Assembly: GCA_040756015.1 (NCBI GenBank)
Contig: JBFMAC010000009.1
Coordinates: 20,104 to 84,103 of the forward strand
Direction of reading: 5' to 3'
Length of the DNA stretch: 64,000 nt
Origin: Pseudomonadota bacterium
Lineage (GTDB): Bacteria > Pseudomonadota > Gammaproteobacteria > Burkholderiales > JBFMAC01
A program made the translations under genes and the position numbers. Below the pieces are notes generated by a model. That model ran no database searches and had not been told where the DNA came from. It was given only the letters and a program-made list of their open reading frames with translations. Of the stretch, positions 10,282 to 19,500 are shown piece by piece (the stretch's first letter is position 1; each line of letters starts with the position of its first letter).

Positions 10282-10623
10282 ATGAAAACATGGAGCACAA
10301 TCCTGCCGGCTGTATTGTTCGCCGGCAGCGCATGGGCGCAGGGTGTTTACGACAAGATGGGGCCGGACATGGGCGCAGGGTTGCGCAATGTCGCGAAAGC
10401 GGAAAAAACGCACTGGGCGAAGGGTGTGGTGAAAAGCGTGAATGTGGAAAAAGGCGAGGCCATGATTTCCCATGAGGCGGTGCAATCGCTCGGCTGGCCG
10501 GCCATGACCATGTCGTTCCGCGTCAGGGATAGGGCACTGCTTGGCAAGTTTACGCCCGGCAAAAAAGTCGAGTTCGAACTGGCGAAACAGGGACAGGGCT
10601 ACGTGGTGGTTGGCGCCCGGTAG
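10282..10623 (+). CDS. CusF-like periplasmic copper-binding protein (third CusF-type module in the window)
   Basis: Signal peptide and ISHEAVQSLGWPAMTMSF motif. AGGAG SD 8 nt before ATG 10282. The ORF track starts at GTG 10279. Confidence 0.8.
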   Translation: MKTWSTILPAVLFAGSAWAQGVYDKMGPDMGAGLRNVAKAEKTHWAKGVVKSVNVEKGEAMISHEAVQSLGWPAMTMSFRVRDRALLGKFTPGKKVEFELAKQGQGYVVVGAR

Positions 10624-10633
10624 ATGGAGGACG

Positions 10634-11029
10634 TTATTCGACGACCAGGGTGGCGCGCATGCCGTTTTCCAGGTGGCCGGCCATGCCGCAGATGACGTCA
10701 TAGGTGCCGGGCTCGGCAGGTGCGGTGAAGGTCACCAATTTCTTCTCGCCGGGCTGGACGTCAACTTCAGTGTAGACGTCCTGCTTGTGGTCTTCGGTGA
10801 AGGGCGGCGTCGCATTGACACCTTTCTTCAGCAGCACCCACTCATGTGAGGCGCTCCCTTCGTTGATGATGGTCAGTGTGAGCGGTTTGCCGGCGAGCAC
10901 GGTCCAGCTCGTGGGCGTGAAATGAAAATCGCCGGTGGTGACGGTGATGGAGTTGGCGGGTTTTCCCGCGCAGGCGATGAGCGCCTGGCAACAGGCTGCT
11001 AGTATGACCAGTTTGCTGCATTTACCCAT
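10634..11029 (-). CDS. Cupredoxin-fold (plastocyanin/azurin-like) lipoprotein
   Basis: Lipobox LIAC after MGKCSKLVILAACCQA. Candidate type-1 Cu ligands are SHEW ... ICGMAGHLENGM. Start placed at ATG 11029 (GAGGG SD) rather than 11077. Confidence 0.75.
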   Translation of the reverse strand: MGKCSKLVILAACCQALIACAGKPANSITVTTGDFHFTPTSWTVLAGKPLTLTIINEGSASHEWVLLKKGVNATPPFTEDHKQDVYTEVDVQPGEKKLVTFTAPAEPGTYDVICGMAGHLENGMRATLVVE

Positions 11030-11107
11030 AAGGCCCTCATGTAGGCGCGGCGGTTGCTCGTATTTTCGGGCCATCATACTCCAACGCAGGGAGCATATAA
11101 ACCATAT

Positions 11108-11848
11108 TTAGTTGTCGTGGCTAAAATCTCCCCACAGCGCCTGCATCGCGGCCAGCGCGGCCAGCGCCGCGGTCTCGGTGCGCAAGACGCGCGGACCGAG
11201 GCGTACGGCGGTGTAACCTTGCGTCAGCGCCAGCTTTCTTTCCTCCGGCGCGAGGCCGCCTTCCGGCCCGATCAGCAGGGTGAGCGCGCCTTGCGGTCTG
11301 GGCAGGGCGGCAAGCGCCGTTTCGGCGTCGGGGGAAAGCAGCAGTTTCGTGCCTGGTTGTGTCTCGGCGAGCCAGACATCCAGCGGCATGGCCGGCAGCA
11401 CCGGTGGCACACGGTTACGCCGGCATTGTTCGCACGCTGCGATCACCACGCCCTGCCAATGTTCGACGCGCTTCTGCGCGCGTTCGCCCGACAGCTTCAC
11501 CACCGAGCGCTGCATGGCGAGCGGCTGGATACGTGCCACGCCGAGTTCCCCGGCTTTTTGCAGGATGAAGTCCATCTTGTCGCCGGCGGCGATGCCCTGT
11601 GCCAGCGTCACCGGCAGCGGCGATTCGCGCTCGGCCGCGCGCCAGGTGCCGGTTTTTGCCGCTACTTCGCTTTTCGCCACGCGAGTGAGGACAGCGGGGT
11701 ATTCGCCGCCGTTGCCGTCGAACAGCACGACGGCGTCGCCCGCCTGCATGCGCAGCACGCGCGCGGCGTGGTGCGCGGCGGCCGCGCTGAGCGCCACTTC
11801 GGTGCCGGGGCCGAGTTTATGCGGGTGGTAGAAGCGCGGTGTGGGCAT
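11108..11848 (-). CDS. rsmE: 16S rRNA (uracil1498-N3)-methyltransferase
   Basis: MPTPRFYHP... N-terminus and C-terminal LLIGPEGGLAPEE and RLGPRVLRTETAALAA motifs typical of RsmE. Confidence 0.9.
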   Translation of the reverse strand: MPTPRFYHPHKLGPGTEVALSAAAAHHAARVLRMQAGDAVVLFDGNGGEYPAVLTRVAKSEVAAKTGTWRAAERESPLPVTLAQGIAAGDKMDFILQKAGELGVARIQPLAMQRSVVKLSGERAQKRVEHWQGVVIAACEQCRRNRVPPVLPAMPLDVWLAETQPGTKLLLSPDAETALAALPRPQGALTLLIGPEGGLAPEERKLALTQGYTAVRLGPRVLRTETAALAALAAMQALWGDFSHDN

Positions 11849-11992
11849 GGTGTAAAACCGGAAAAGGCTATTAAACCGCAAACGACACCAGAGACGCAAA
11901 GGTAAGCGCTGCTCGATGGGGATTTACGCGATGGATGTGCCGTGGGTGGTTTAAGATAAACTATGTGCCTTGTAATGTAGCGAGGAGCGAAT

Positions 11993-12553
11993 ATGGTACG
12001 TACCGAAACCCCGATTTGCGATTTTGGCTGGAAGGCCGTCGATTTCGACTTGCCCGGCGTGGACGGCAGGCGCTACAGCCTGGCCGACGTGCGCGGCGCG
12101 AACGGCCTGCTGGTGATGTTCATCTGCAACCACTGTCCGTACGTGAAGGCGGTGCGGGAGCGCATCGTGCGCGACTGCAACGAACTCAGGCAACACGGCG
12201 TCAACGCCATCGCCATCATGTCTAATGACCCTGCCGATTACCCGGAAGACAGTTTCGACAACATGAAGGCGGTGGCGCGCGAGTTCCACTATCCTTTTCC
12301 TTATGTGCTCGATGCTACCCAGGAAGTGGCCAGGCGATACGGCGCGGTGTGCACGCCGGATTTTTTCGGTTTCAACGCTAAGCTGGAACTTCAGTACCGT
12401 GGCCGCCTCGACGCCTCGCGCAAGGAGCTGGTGCCCGACGCGCGCCGCGACCTGTTCGAGGCGATGAAGCAGGTGGCGCAGACGGGGCAGGGGCCGCGAG
12501 AACAGATACCGTCGATGGGATGTTCCATTAAATGGAAGGAAGAAAGGGGTTAG
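11993..12553 (+). CDS. Thioredoxin-fold thiol-disulfide oxidoreductase (AhpC/TSA-redoxin-like)
   Basis: LVMFICNHCPYVKAV CxxC-type motif, 186 aa, GAGGAG SD. Confidence 0.8.
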   Translation: MVRTETPICDFGWKAVDFDLPGVDGRRYSLADVRGANGLLVMFICNHCPYVKAVRERIVRDCNELRQHGVNAIAIMSNDPADYPEDSFDNMKAVAREFHYPFPYVLDATQEVARRYGAVCTPDFFGFNAKLELQYRGRLDASRKELVPDARRDLFEAMKQVAQTGQGPREQIPSMGCSIKWKEERG

Positions 12554-12642
12554 GTCAGGGTCTAGGGAAAAACCATGTACAACACGGCGCCAAATCGAGC
12601 ATCAACACCCACCCCCAGTCCCCGTCACCAGCCCCCTGCTTT

Positions 12643-13431
12643 ATGATTAAATCCGTCATCGCCGCCGTCAAGGAAGTCGCTGCGCGCGAGATCATGCCGC
12701 GCTACCTGAGCGTGGCGCACAGCCGCAAGGCCGACGGCAGCCTGCTCACCGAGGCGGATCTGGCGACGCAGACGGTGCTCAAGGAGATGTTGCGCGGCAT
12801 CCGTGACTGCCCGGTGATCGGTGAGGAAATGACGCGCGAGGAGCAGGCCGAGTCGTGGCTGGCCGGCAGTGAGGGCCTGTGGTGCATAGACCCGATCGAC
12901 GGCACTTCCAATTTCGTTAACGGCGTGCCGTATTTTGCGGTGTCGGTGGCGCTGATGGAAGGCGGGCGCAGCGTGCTCGGCGTGGTCTACGACCCGGTCG
13001 CCGGGGAAGCCTTCTATGCAGAGCGAGGCAAGGGCGCTTACCTTAACGACGAGCGCCTGCCGATCAAGACGAACGCTCCGCTACTGTACCAGGCGATGGC
13101 CAGCGTCGATTTCAAGCGCTTGCCGCCGCAGCTGGCTTGCGAACTGGCTGGTACGCCGCCTTATGCCTCGGCGCGCAACTTCGGCGCTTGTGCGCTGGAG
13201 TGGTGTTACACCGCTGCCGGTCGTTTCGACCTTTACCTGCACGGCGGCATGAAGCTGTGGGATTACGCTGCCGGTGCGCTGATCCTAGAAGAAGCGGGCG
13301 GGTGCATGGCCACCCTCAGGAACGCAGATTTCTGGAGCGATGGTCTTTGGCAGCGCTCCGTGGTGGCGGCACTGGATGCTGCACTGTTCGGGCAATGGCA
13401 AGGCTGGATACGCGCACACCATTCTGAATAG
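12643..13431 (+). CDS. Inositol monophosphatase family protein
   Basis: WCIDPIDGTSNF and EWCYTAAGRFDLY motifs. Start placed at ATG 12643, because the upstream part of the ORF is low-complexity. Confidence 0.85.
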   Translation: MIKSVIAAVKEVAAREIMPRYLSVAHSRKADGSLLTEADLATQTVLKEMLRGIRDCPVIGEEMTREEQAESWLAGSEGLWCIDPIDGTSNFVNGVPYFAVSVALMEGGRSVLGVVYDPVAGEAFYAERGKGAYLNDERLPIKTNAPLLYQAMASVDFKRLPPQLACELAGTPPYASARNFGACALEWCYTAAGRFDLYLHGGMKLWDYAAGALILEEAGGCMATLRNADFWSDGLWQRSVVAALDAALFGQWQGWIRAHHSE

Positions 13432-13498
13432 CGGCCGGCGTGGCATTTTCCGCCGCATGATGGTACCTTTGCGGGATCAACTCTCGGGGGCGACGACG

Positions 13499-13918
13499 AT
13501 GCAGCAGGCCACTTCCTCGCCGCGGGCGCCGGCCAGACTGGCCGGCGTCAAGGTGATGGTGATCGACGACAGCAACACCATACGCCGCAGCGCAGAAATC
13601 TATTTGCTCCAGGCCGGCTGCGAAGTGATCCTCGCGGAAGACGGCTTCGATGCGCTCGCCAAGATTGCCGACCGTCAGCCCGACGTGATTTTCGTCGATA
13701 TCCTGATGCCGCGCCTCGACGGCTACCAGACCTGCGCTCTCATCAAGAAAAACGCCAGGTTCCAGAATACCCCGGTGATTATGCTGTCGAGCAAGGACGG
13801 CCTGTTTGACCGCGCGCGCGGCAGGATGGCGGGTTCCGACCAATACCTGACCAAGCCCTTCAGCAGGGATGGCCTGCTCGAAACGGTGGCGGCATTCGTG
13901 CCGCAGGCGCCGGCATGA
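13499..13918 (+). CDS. pilG: Twitching-motility CheY-like response regulator PilG
   Basis: VMVIDDSNTIRR...GFDALAKIAD...FVDILMPRLDGYQTCALIK...VIMLSSKDGLFD...GSDQYLTKPF closely matches P. aeruginosa PilG as I remember it. Start uncertain (13457 or 13499). Confidence 0.8.
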   Translation: MQQATSSPRAPARLAGVKVMVIDDSNTIRRSAEIYLLQAGCEVILAEDGFDALAKIADRQPDVIFVDILMPRLDGYQTCALIKKNARFQNTPVIMLSSKDGLFDRARGRMAGSDQYLTKPFSRDGLLETVAAFVPQAPA

Positions 13919-13925
13919 GACGGTC

Positions 13926-14291
13926 ATGGCGATCCATACCATATTGGTGGTGGACGACTCGCCGACCGACCGCTATGTGCTCGGCCAAATGCTCGGCAAA
14001 CGCGGCTACCAGGTGGTGATGGCGGAAAGCGGCGAAGAAGCGCTGGAGAAATCGCGCAGCCTCAGGCCCGACCTCATCCTGATGGACGTGGTGATGCCGG
14101 GTCTCAACGGCTTCCAGGCGACGCGCGCACTGTCACGCGATGCCAGCACCAAGGACATTCCCGTGATCGTGTGCACGGCCAAAGGCCAGGAGACTGACCG
14201 CATCTGGGGGTTGCGCCAGGGCGCGCGCGAATACCTGGTCAAGCCCATCGTGGCAGATGTGCTGCTGGCGAAAATTTCCGAACTGAACTGA
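13926..14291 (+). CDS. pilH: CheY-like response regulator PilH
   Basis: ILVVDDSPTD...LMDVVMPGLNGFQATR...QETDRIWGLRQGAREYLVKP receiver domain, directly after pilG. Confidence 0.8.
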   Translation: MAIHTILVVDDSPTDRYVLGQMLGKRGYQVVMAESGEEALEKSRSLRPDLILMDVVMPGLNGFQATRALSRDASTKDIPVIVCTAKGQETDRIWGLRQGAREYLVKPIVADVLLAKISELN

Positions 14292-14292
14292 C

Positions 14293-14802
14293 ATGGCTAA
14301 ACGCATTGATCTGCGCGAATACCAGGAAAATCTGCTGGCGCGCTTTCGCGAACAGGCCGGGCAGGATGTGCCGGCGGTGCGGCTGGGTATGCTGGCGGGC
14401 GGGCGGCGCTGGCTGATCGACCTGCATGAAGCGGGTGAAGTGGCGCCGCTCATGGCGTTGTCGCCGGTGCCCGGCGCGCGCCCCTGGCTGCGCGGCATCG
14501 CCAGCGTGCGCAGCGAAGTGTGTGCGGTCAATGATCTCGCTGCCCTGGCAGGCGCAGCCCCCACGCCGCTTGCCGGCGCTAGCCTGCTGCTCGTCAATGC
14601 GCGCGTCATCGAGCGTACCGCGCTGCTGGTGGAGCGCACGCTCGGCCTTCGCAAGCTGGCGGATTTTTCGGCAGCGGGCAGACCGTCCGCTGCCCCGGCC
14701 TGGATCATCGCGGAGTATCGCGACGGCGTGGGCGCCACCTGGCAGGAGATCAGTTTGACTGCATTGATGAGGGAGCCGGGCTTTATCCATGCCGTCGCAT
14801 GA
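14293..14802 (+). CDS. pilI: CheW-like coupling protein PilI
   Basis: 169-aa CheW-size protein between pilH and pilJ, 1 nt after the pilH stop. Confidence 0.7.
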   Translation: MAKRIDLREYQENLLARFREQAGQDVPAVRLGMLAGGRRWLIDLHEAGEVAPLMALSPVPGARPWLRGIASVRSEVCAVNDLAALAGAAPTPLAGASLLLVNARVIERTALLVERTLGLRKLADFSAAGRPSAAPAWIIAEYRDGVGATWQEISLTALMREPGFIHAVA

Positions 14803-14840
14803 TGCATGGTGCTATGAGTGGGAATCCATGAGAGGGGACG

Positions 14841-16547
14841 ATGAAAACCAATGACAAGAGTGCGCCGCCCAGCCGCCTGCCGCTGATCGGGCGGCTATCG
14901 CTGGCGTGGCAGTTCCAGATACTCGGCACGCTGCTGTCGGGCCTGCTGATCGCGGCGGGCATGATGGTGTATCTCGACAGCCGCAAGGGCGAGCAGGCGA
15001 TGGCGTACCTGCAAACCGCCGGCGAAATGCAGGTGCTCGCGCAGCGCATGGCCAAGGCCGCCGTGCTGGCGGCGCAGGGCGACGCCAGCGCGCCGCAGCA
15101 GGTGCAGGAGGCGCGTGACCAGTTCGCCGCCGCGCTGGCGCTGCTTTCCGGCGGTGGCGTGCGCAGCGGCGTTGTCCTGCCGCCATCCTCGCAGGAAGTT
15201 CAGCCCCTGCTGCAAGTGCTCAGGTTCCAGTGGCCCGCCGCCGAAAAAAATGCCACCGCGATCGTTGCGCAGCAGAAAATACTCGCCGACATGAAGCACA
15301 ACGCCGCCGCGGCCGATCCCGGAACGCTGGCGGTTACGTTGCGCGCCGCGGCGGAACTGGCCAAATCCGGCGATACCCTCATGCTGTCCGCGCAGAAACT
15401 TGTCAGCGCATACCGCGAGGAAGTGCGCGGACGCAGTACGGTGCTGACGGTGGCGGCGTTGTTCGGTGCCATGGCGCTGGCGATCGTGGTGCTGTTCGGC
15501 AAGATCATGTTTGACGACGCGCGCCGCCGCTTCGAGCAGAACGAGCGCGAAAACCGGCGCAATCAGGACGCCATCCTGCGCCTGCTCGACGAAATCAGCA
15601 CGCTTGCCGAAGGCGACCTGACCGTGTGTGCGCAAGTCAGCGAGGAGCTTACCGGCGCCATAGCCGACGCGATCAACTACACCGTCGATGAACTGCGCAC
15701 CCTGGTTGCCGGCATCAACAAGGTAACCAGGGAGGTCGCCACCATGAGCACGCAGGCGCAGGAAATTTCTACGGGCCTGCTGCAGGCGGCGCAGGCCCAG
15801 GCGCAGGACATCCAGCGCACCACCGCGGCGGTGCAGAGCATGGCGCAATCGGTGGCCGAAGTGTCGGCCAACGCGGAACAGTCGGCAAAGGTGGCCGAGC
15901 AGTCGCTGGCGACCGCCGAGCGCGGCGCGCAAATCGTGCAGGACACGGTGCACGGCATGAACGAGACGCGCGCGCAGATCCAGGAGACTGCCAAGCGCAT
16001 CAAGCGCCTCGGCGAATCGTCGCAGGAAATCGGCGAGATCGTCGACATGATTTCCGACCTCACCGAACAGACCAACGTGCTGGCGTTGAACGCGGCTATC
16101 CAGGCCACTTCCGCTGGCGAGGCCGGGCGCGGCTTCACCATCGTCGCCGAGGAAGTACAGCGTCTTGCCGAGCGCTCCGCAGAAGCGACGCAGCAGATCG
16201 CCGCCATCGTCAAGACCATCCAGGGCGACACCCAGGACGCGATCGCGGCGATGGAAAAAAGTACACGCGGCGTGGTCGAGGGCGCCAAGTTGTCCGAATC
16301 GGCCGGGCGTGCGCTGGCGGACATCAGCCATGTCTCGCATGCGCTGGCCGAATTGTCGGCGGCGACTTCCGCAGCCACGCGCACGCAGGCGGAATCGGCG
16401 GACACAGTGGCGAAAAGCATGCGTGCGATACTCGAGGTTACCCAGCAAACCACGCAAGGTACGCGCATGACCGCCGCGTCGGTGGCGCAACTGGCCAGCC
16501 TGGCCGCCGAACTGGAAAATTCGGTGGCCGGCTTCAAGCTGTCGTAA
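14841..16547 (+). CDS. pilJ: Methyl-accepting chemotaxis protein PilJ
   Basis: N-terminal TM, periplasmic region and second TM. Conserved MCP hairpin [38 protein letters not shown]. Confidence 0.85.
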   Translation: MKTNDKSAPPSRLPLIGRLSLAWQFQILGTLLSGLLIAAGMMVYLDSRKGEQAMAYLQTAGEMQVLAQRMAKAAVLAAQGDASAPQQVQEARDQFAAALALLSGGGVRSGVVLPPSSQEVQPLLQVLRFQWPAAEKNATAIVAQQKILADMKHNAAAADPGTLAVTLRAAAELAKSGDTLMLSAQKLVSAYREEVRGRSTVLTVAALFGAMALAIVVLFGKIMFDDARRRFEQNERENRRNQDAILRLLDEISTLAEGDLTVCAQVSEELTGAIADAINYTVDELRTLVAGINKVTREVATMSTQAQEISTGLLQAAQAQAQDIQRTTAAVQSMAQSVAEVSANAEQSAKVAEQSLATAERGAQIVQDTVHGMNETRAQIQETAKRIKRLGESSQEIGEIVDMISDLTEQTNVLALNAAIQATSAGEAGRGFTIVAEEVQRLAERSAEATQQIAAIVKTIQGDTQDAIAAMEKSTRGVVEGAKLSESAGRALADISHVSHALAELSAATSAATRTQAESADTVAKSMRAILEVTQQTTQGTRMTAASVAQLASLAAELENSVAGFKLS

Positions 16548-16554
16548 GTCCAGA

Positions 16555-19500
16555 ATGAGCGCGGCAGCAGCGTTTGACGTCGGACCGCTTGCCTGGGTGC
16601 GCGGCGAGATCGACCTCGCCCTCGACGAAGTGCGCGCTCATCTCGCCGAATTCTCTGCGTGTCCGGAAAATGCTGCGCCGCTCGCAGCAGCGCAGGCGCC
16701 GCTGCACCAGGTGGGCGGCGCGCTGCGCATGGTCGGCCTGGACGGCGCAGCGCGCATCACCGATGCAATGGAAGCGGTGCTCGCAGTGCTGCGCGAAAAC
16801 AAAATCGAGATCGCCGCCTGGCGCTCGCTCGACCGTGCCGCATTGGCGTTGGGGCAATTCGTCGCCGACCTGATGGGCGGTGCCGCCAATCGGCCGTTGC
16901 AACTGTTCCCTGTCTATCGCGAATTGTCGGAAGCGGTAGGCAATGCCGCCCATCCTGGCGATCTGTTTTACCCCGACCTGGCCGAGCTGCCCGCCAAGCC
17001 CACGCTGGCCGCGCCGCTGCCGCCGCGGCAATGGTCGGAACTGATGACGGCACAACGCGCCGCCTTCCAGCGCGGCTTGCTGGCCTGGCTCAAACAGGAC
17101 GCGCGGGGCAGCGCGGAAATGCGCGCCGCGCTGGAAAAGGTGGAAGCCGCGCAAAGCCGTCCTGCCGAGCGCATGTTCTGGCGCAGCGCCGGTGCGTTCA
17201 TCGAAGCGCTGGGCGCGTGCGGCCTGGATGAGCAGGCGCTGGGCGAAGCGCGGCAATTGTGCGCGCGCCTCGACCTGCAATTGCGCCGCATCGCGGCCGC
17301 GCCTTCGCCGGTCGCGGAGCGGCTGGCGCGCGACGTGCTGTACTTCCTGGCGCGCACGCACGCCGGTACGCCGCTGATCGAGGAGATCCGCCATCATTAC
17401 CGCCTCGACACCTTGCTGCCCGCTGCCACGGAGGAAGCTTACGGTGAAGAGCGTGTGGAAAAGCTGCGCCGCGCAATGGCCGAGCGTGTGGAGCGCGCCA
17501 AGGTGGCCTGGCTGGCTTACACCTCGGGCGATGCCGGGCGCCTGCTCGAAGTGGGCAGGGAACTGGCCGAACTCAAAACGCTGGCGGCCGATGGCGGCAA
17601 CGACGGACTGAAGCGCCTGCTCGGCGCCTTGCATGACATCGCCGCCACCCTGCCGGGAAATTTCAGCGCTGCGCCGCAGGCACTGGCGCTGGAAGTGGCG
17701 ACCGCCTTGCTGCTTGCCGAGAACCTGCTTGCCGAGCTGGCCGCACCGGCAAGCTACGGCGCCGCTGCGATCGATGCCATGTTGGCGCGCCTGCGCGCCG
17801 TATCGCGGGGCGAAGCGCCGGAAAAACTCAGCGGCCTGCCGTTGCTCGACGAGGCAAGCCGGCACGCGCAGGAAAAAATCACGCTCGCGCAGGTGGCGCA
17901 TGAGATGCGTGCCAGCCTGGGGCAGATCGAACAGGCGCTCGACGCATTCTTCCGCGACCCCGAGCAACGTGCCATGTTGCCCGGCCTTGCTGCGAACTTC
18001 GCACAAATCCTGGGCGCATGCGACATGCTGGCCTGGGATCAAGCCGCTGCGCTGCTGCGTGCCTGCCAGGCCAGGGTGGATCGGCTGGCCGATGTGCAGT
18101 ACCGGCCCGGCACGGGCGAATTCGAATTGCTGGCCGAGGCGCTGGCCGCCGCCGGTTTTTACCTCGACGCCATCGAACACGGCGCGGTGCAGGCGGAACA
18201 GGCGGTGGCCGACGCCTTGCAGCGCCTGCAGCAGGGCGTGCCGCTGGCGCCGCCTGCACCGGGCCCGCACGTGCCTGGTCAGGCCAGCTTGGAAGACCAG
18301 ATTGCGCAGCGCCGTGCTGCGCTGGCCGGATTATTCGATGCCTGGTGGGGAGAACCCCAGGATGCTGCACGCCGCACGGCATTGCGCGAAGCGCTGGAAA
18401 CGCTGGCGCAGGACGCGCAACTGATCGCCGATGCGGTGCTGGCGCGCGTAATGGAAGATGCGCTGGCCGCGCTCGCACGAGATGACGGCGAGGAAGTGCA
18501 TGCTGCCATAGTCCGGATCACCGGCGTGCCTGTGGCACCACCCGCACCATTCGCGCAGCCGACCGCAGCGGCGCCGGCGGCCGTCGATGACGAATTGCTC
18601 GCGGTGTACCTTGAAGAAGCGGAACAAGTGCTGACTGCCGTCACGGAGCAGCTGGCCGCCTGCCGCGCCAACCCGCAGGATCGCAACGCGCTTGCCGAAA
18701 TTCGCCGCGGTTTCCACACCCTGAAAGGCAGCGGGCGCACCATAGGCATGATGGAACTGGGCGAAGCCGCCTGGCGCGTCGAGCAGGTGCTCGACCGCTG
18801 GCTGGAAGGAGGCCGCAAGATCACGCCGGCATTGCTCGATTTCATCGGTGCCGCGCATGCCGCATTCCGGAACTGGGCGCAAACGCTGGAACAGGGCGGC
18901 ACGGTGGCAGTGCAGGCAGAGGATTGGTTCGCGCATGCCGAACGCTTGCTTGGCGATGTCGCTGTGCCTGCGGCTGCGCCCGCAGGTGCGGGCGAAGTGC
19001 AGGTTGGCACGGTGAAGCTGCCGGCGGAACTGTATGCGATCTTCACCGACGAGGCCGCGCGCCACTTGGCCACCCTCGCCGGTACGCCTGCATCCTTGCC
19101 CGTGTCATCCGGGGCGCTGCGTGCCGCGCACACGCTAGCGGGCATCGCCCGCACCGCCGGTTTTGCCGCGATGGCGGAACTCGCCGCGGCGCTGGAGCAG
19201 CATCTTGCCGGCGCGCCGCAAGCGCAGGCAGTAGAGCGTGCGGTCGCCGCGCTTGACGCCATGTTGCAGGCAATCCGGCGCCGCGAACTGCCGCCGGCCG
19301 ATGCGGGTGCGCTGGCCGGTTTAACTGCAACACACGAACCGGTACGTGCTGCCGGTGTACAGCCCGACCGGCCCGACGTATTGCTGCTGCCGGTGTTCCT
19401 TGCCGAGGCCGGGGAACTGCTTGCCACCATAGTGGAACGCTTGCGGTCGTGGCAGTCCGCACCGCTTGACGAGGCGGCCAGCCTGGATTTGCGCCGCGCG

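Noticed and set aside
11054-11905. 283-aa plus-strand ORF across the rsmE locus.
   Set aside because: It is antisense to rsmE, which carries clear family motifs. The product is Arg-rich low complexity.
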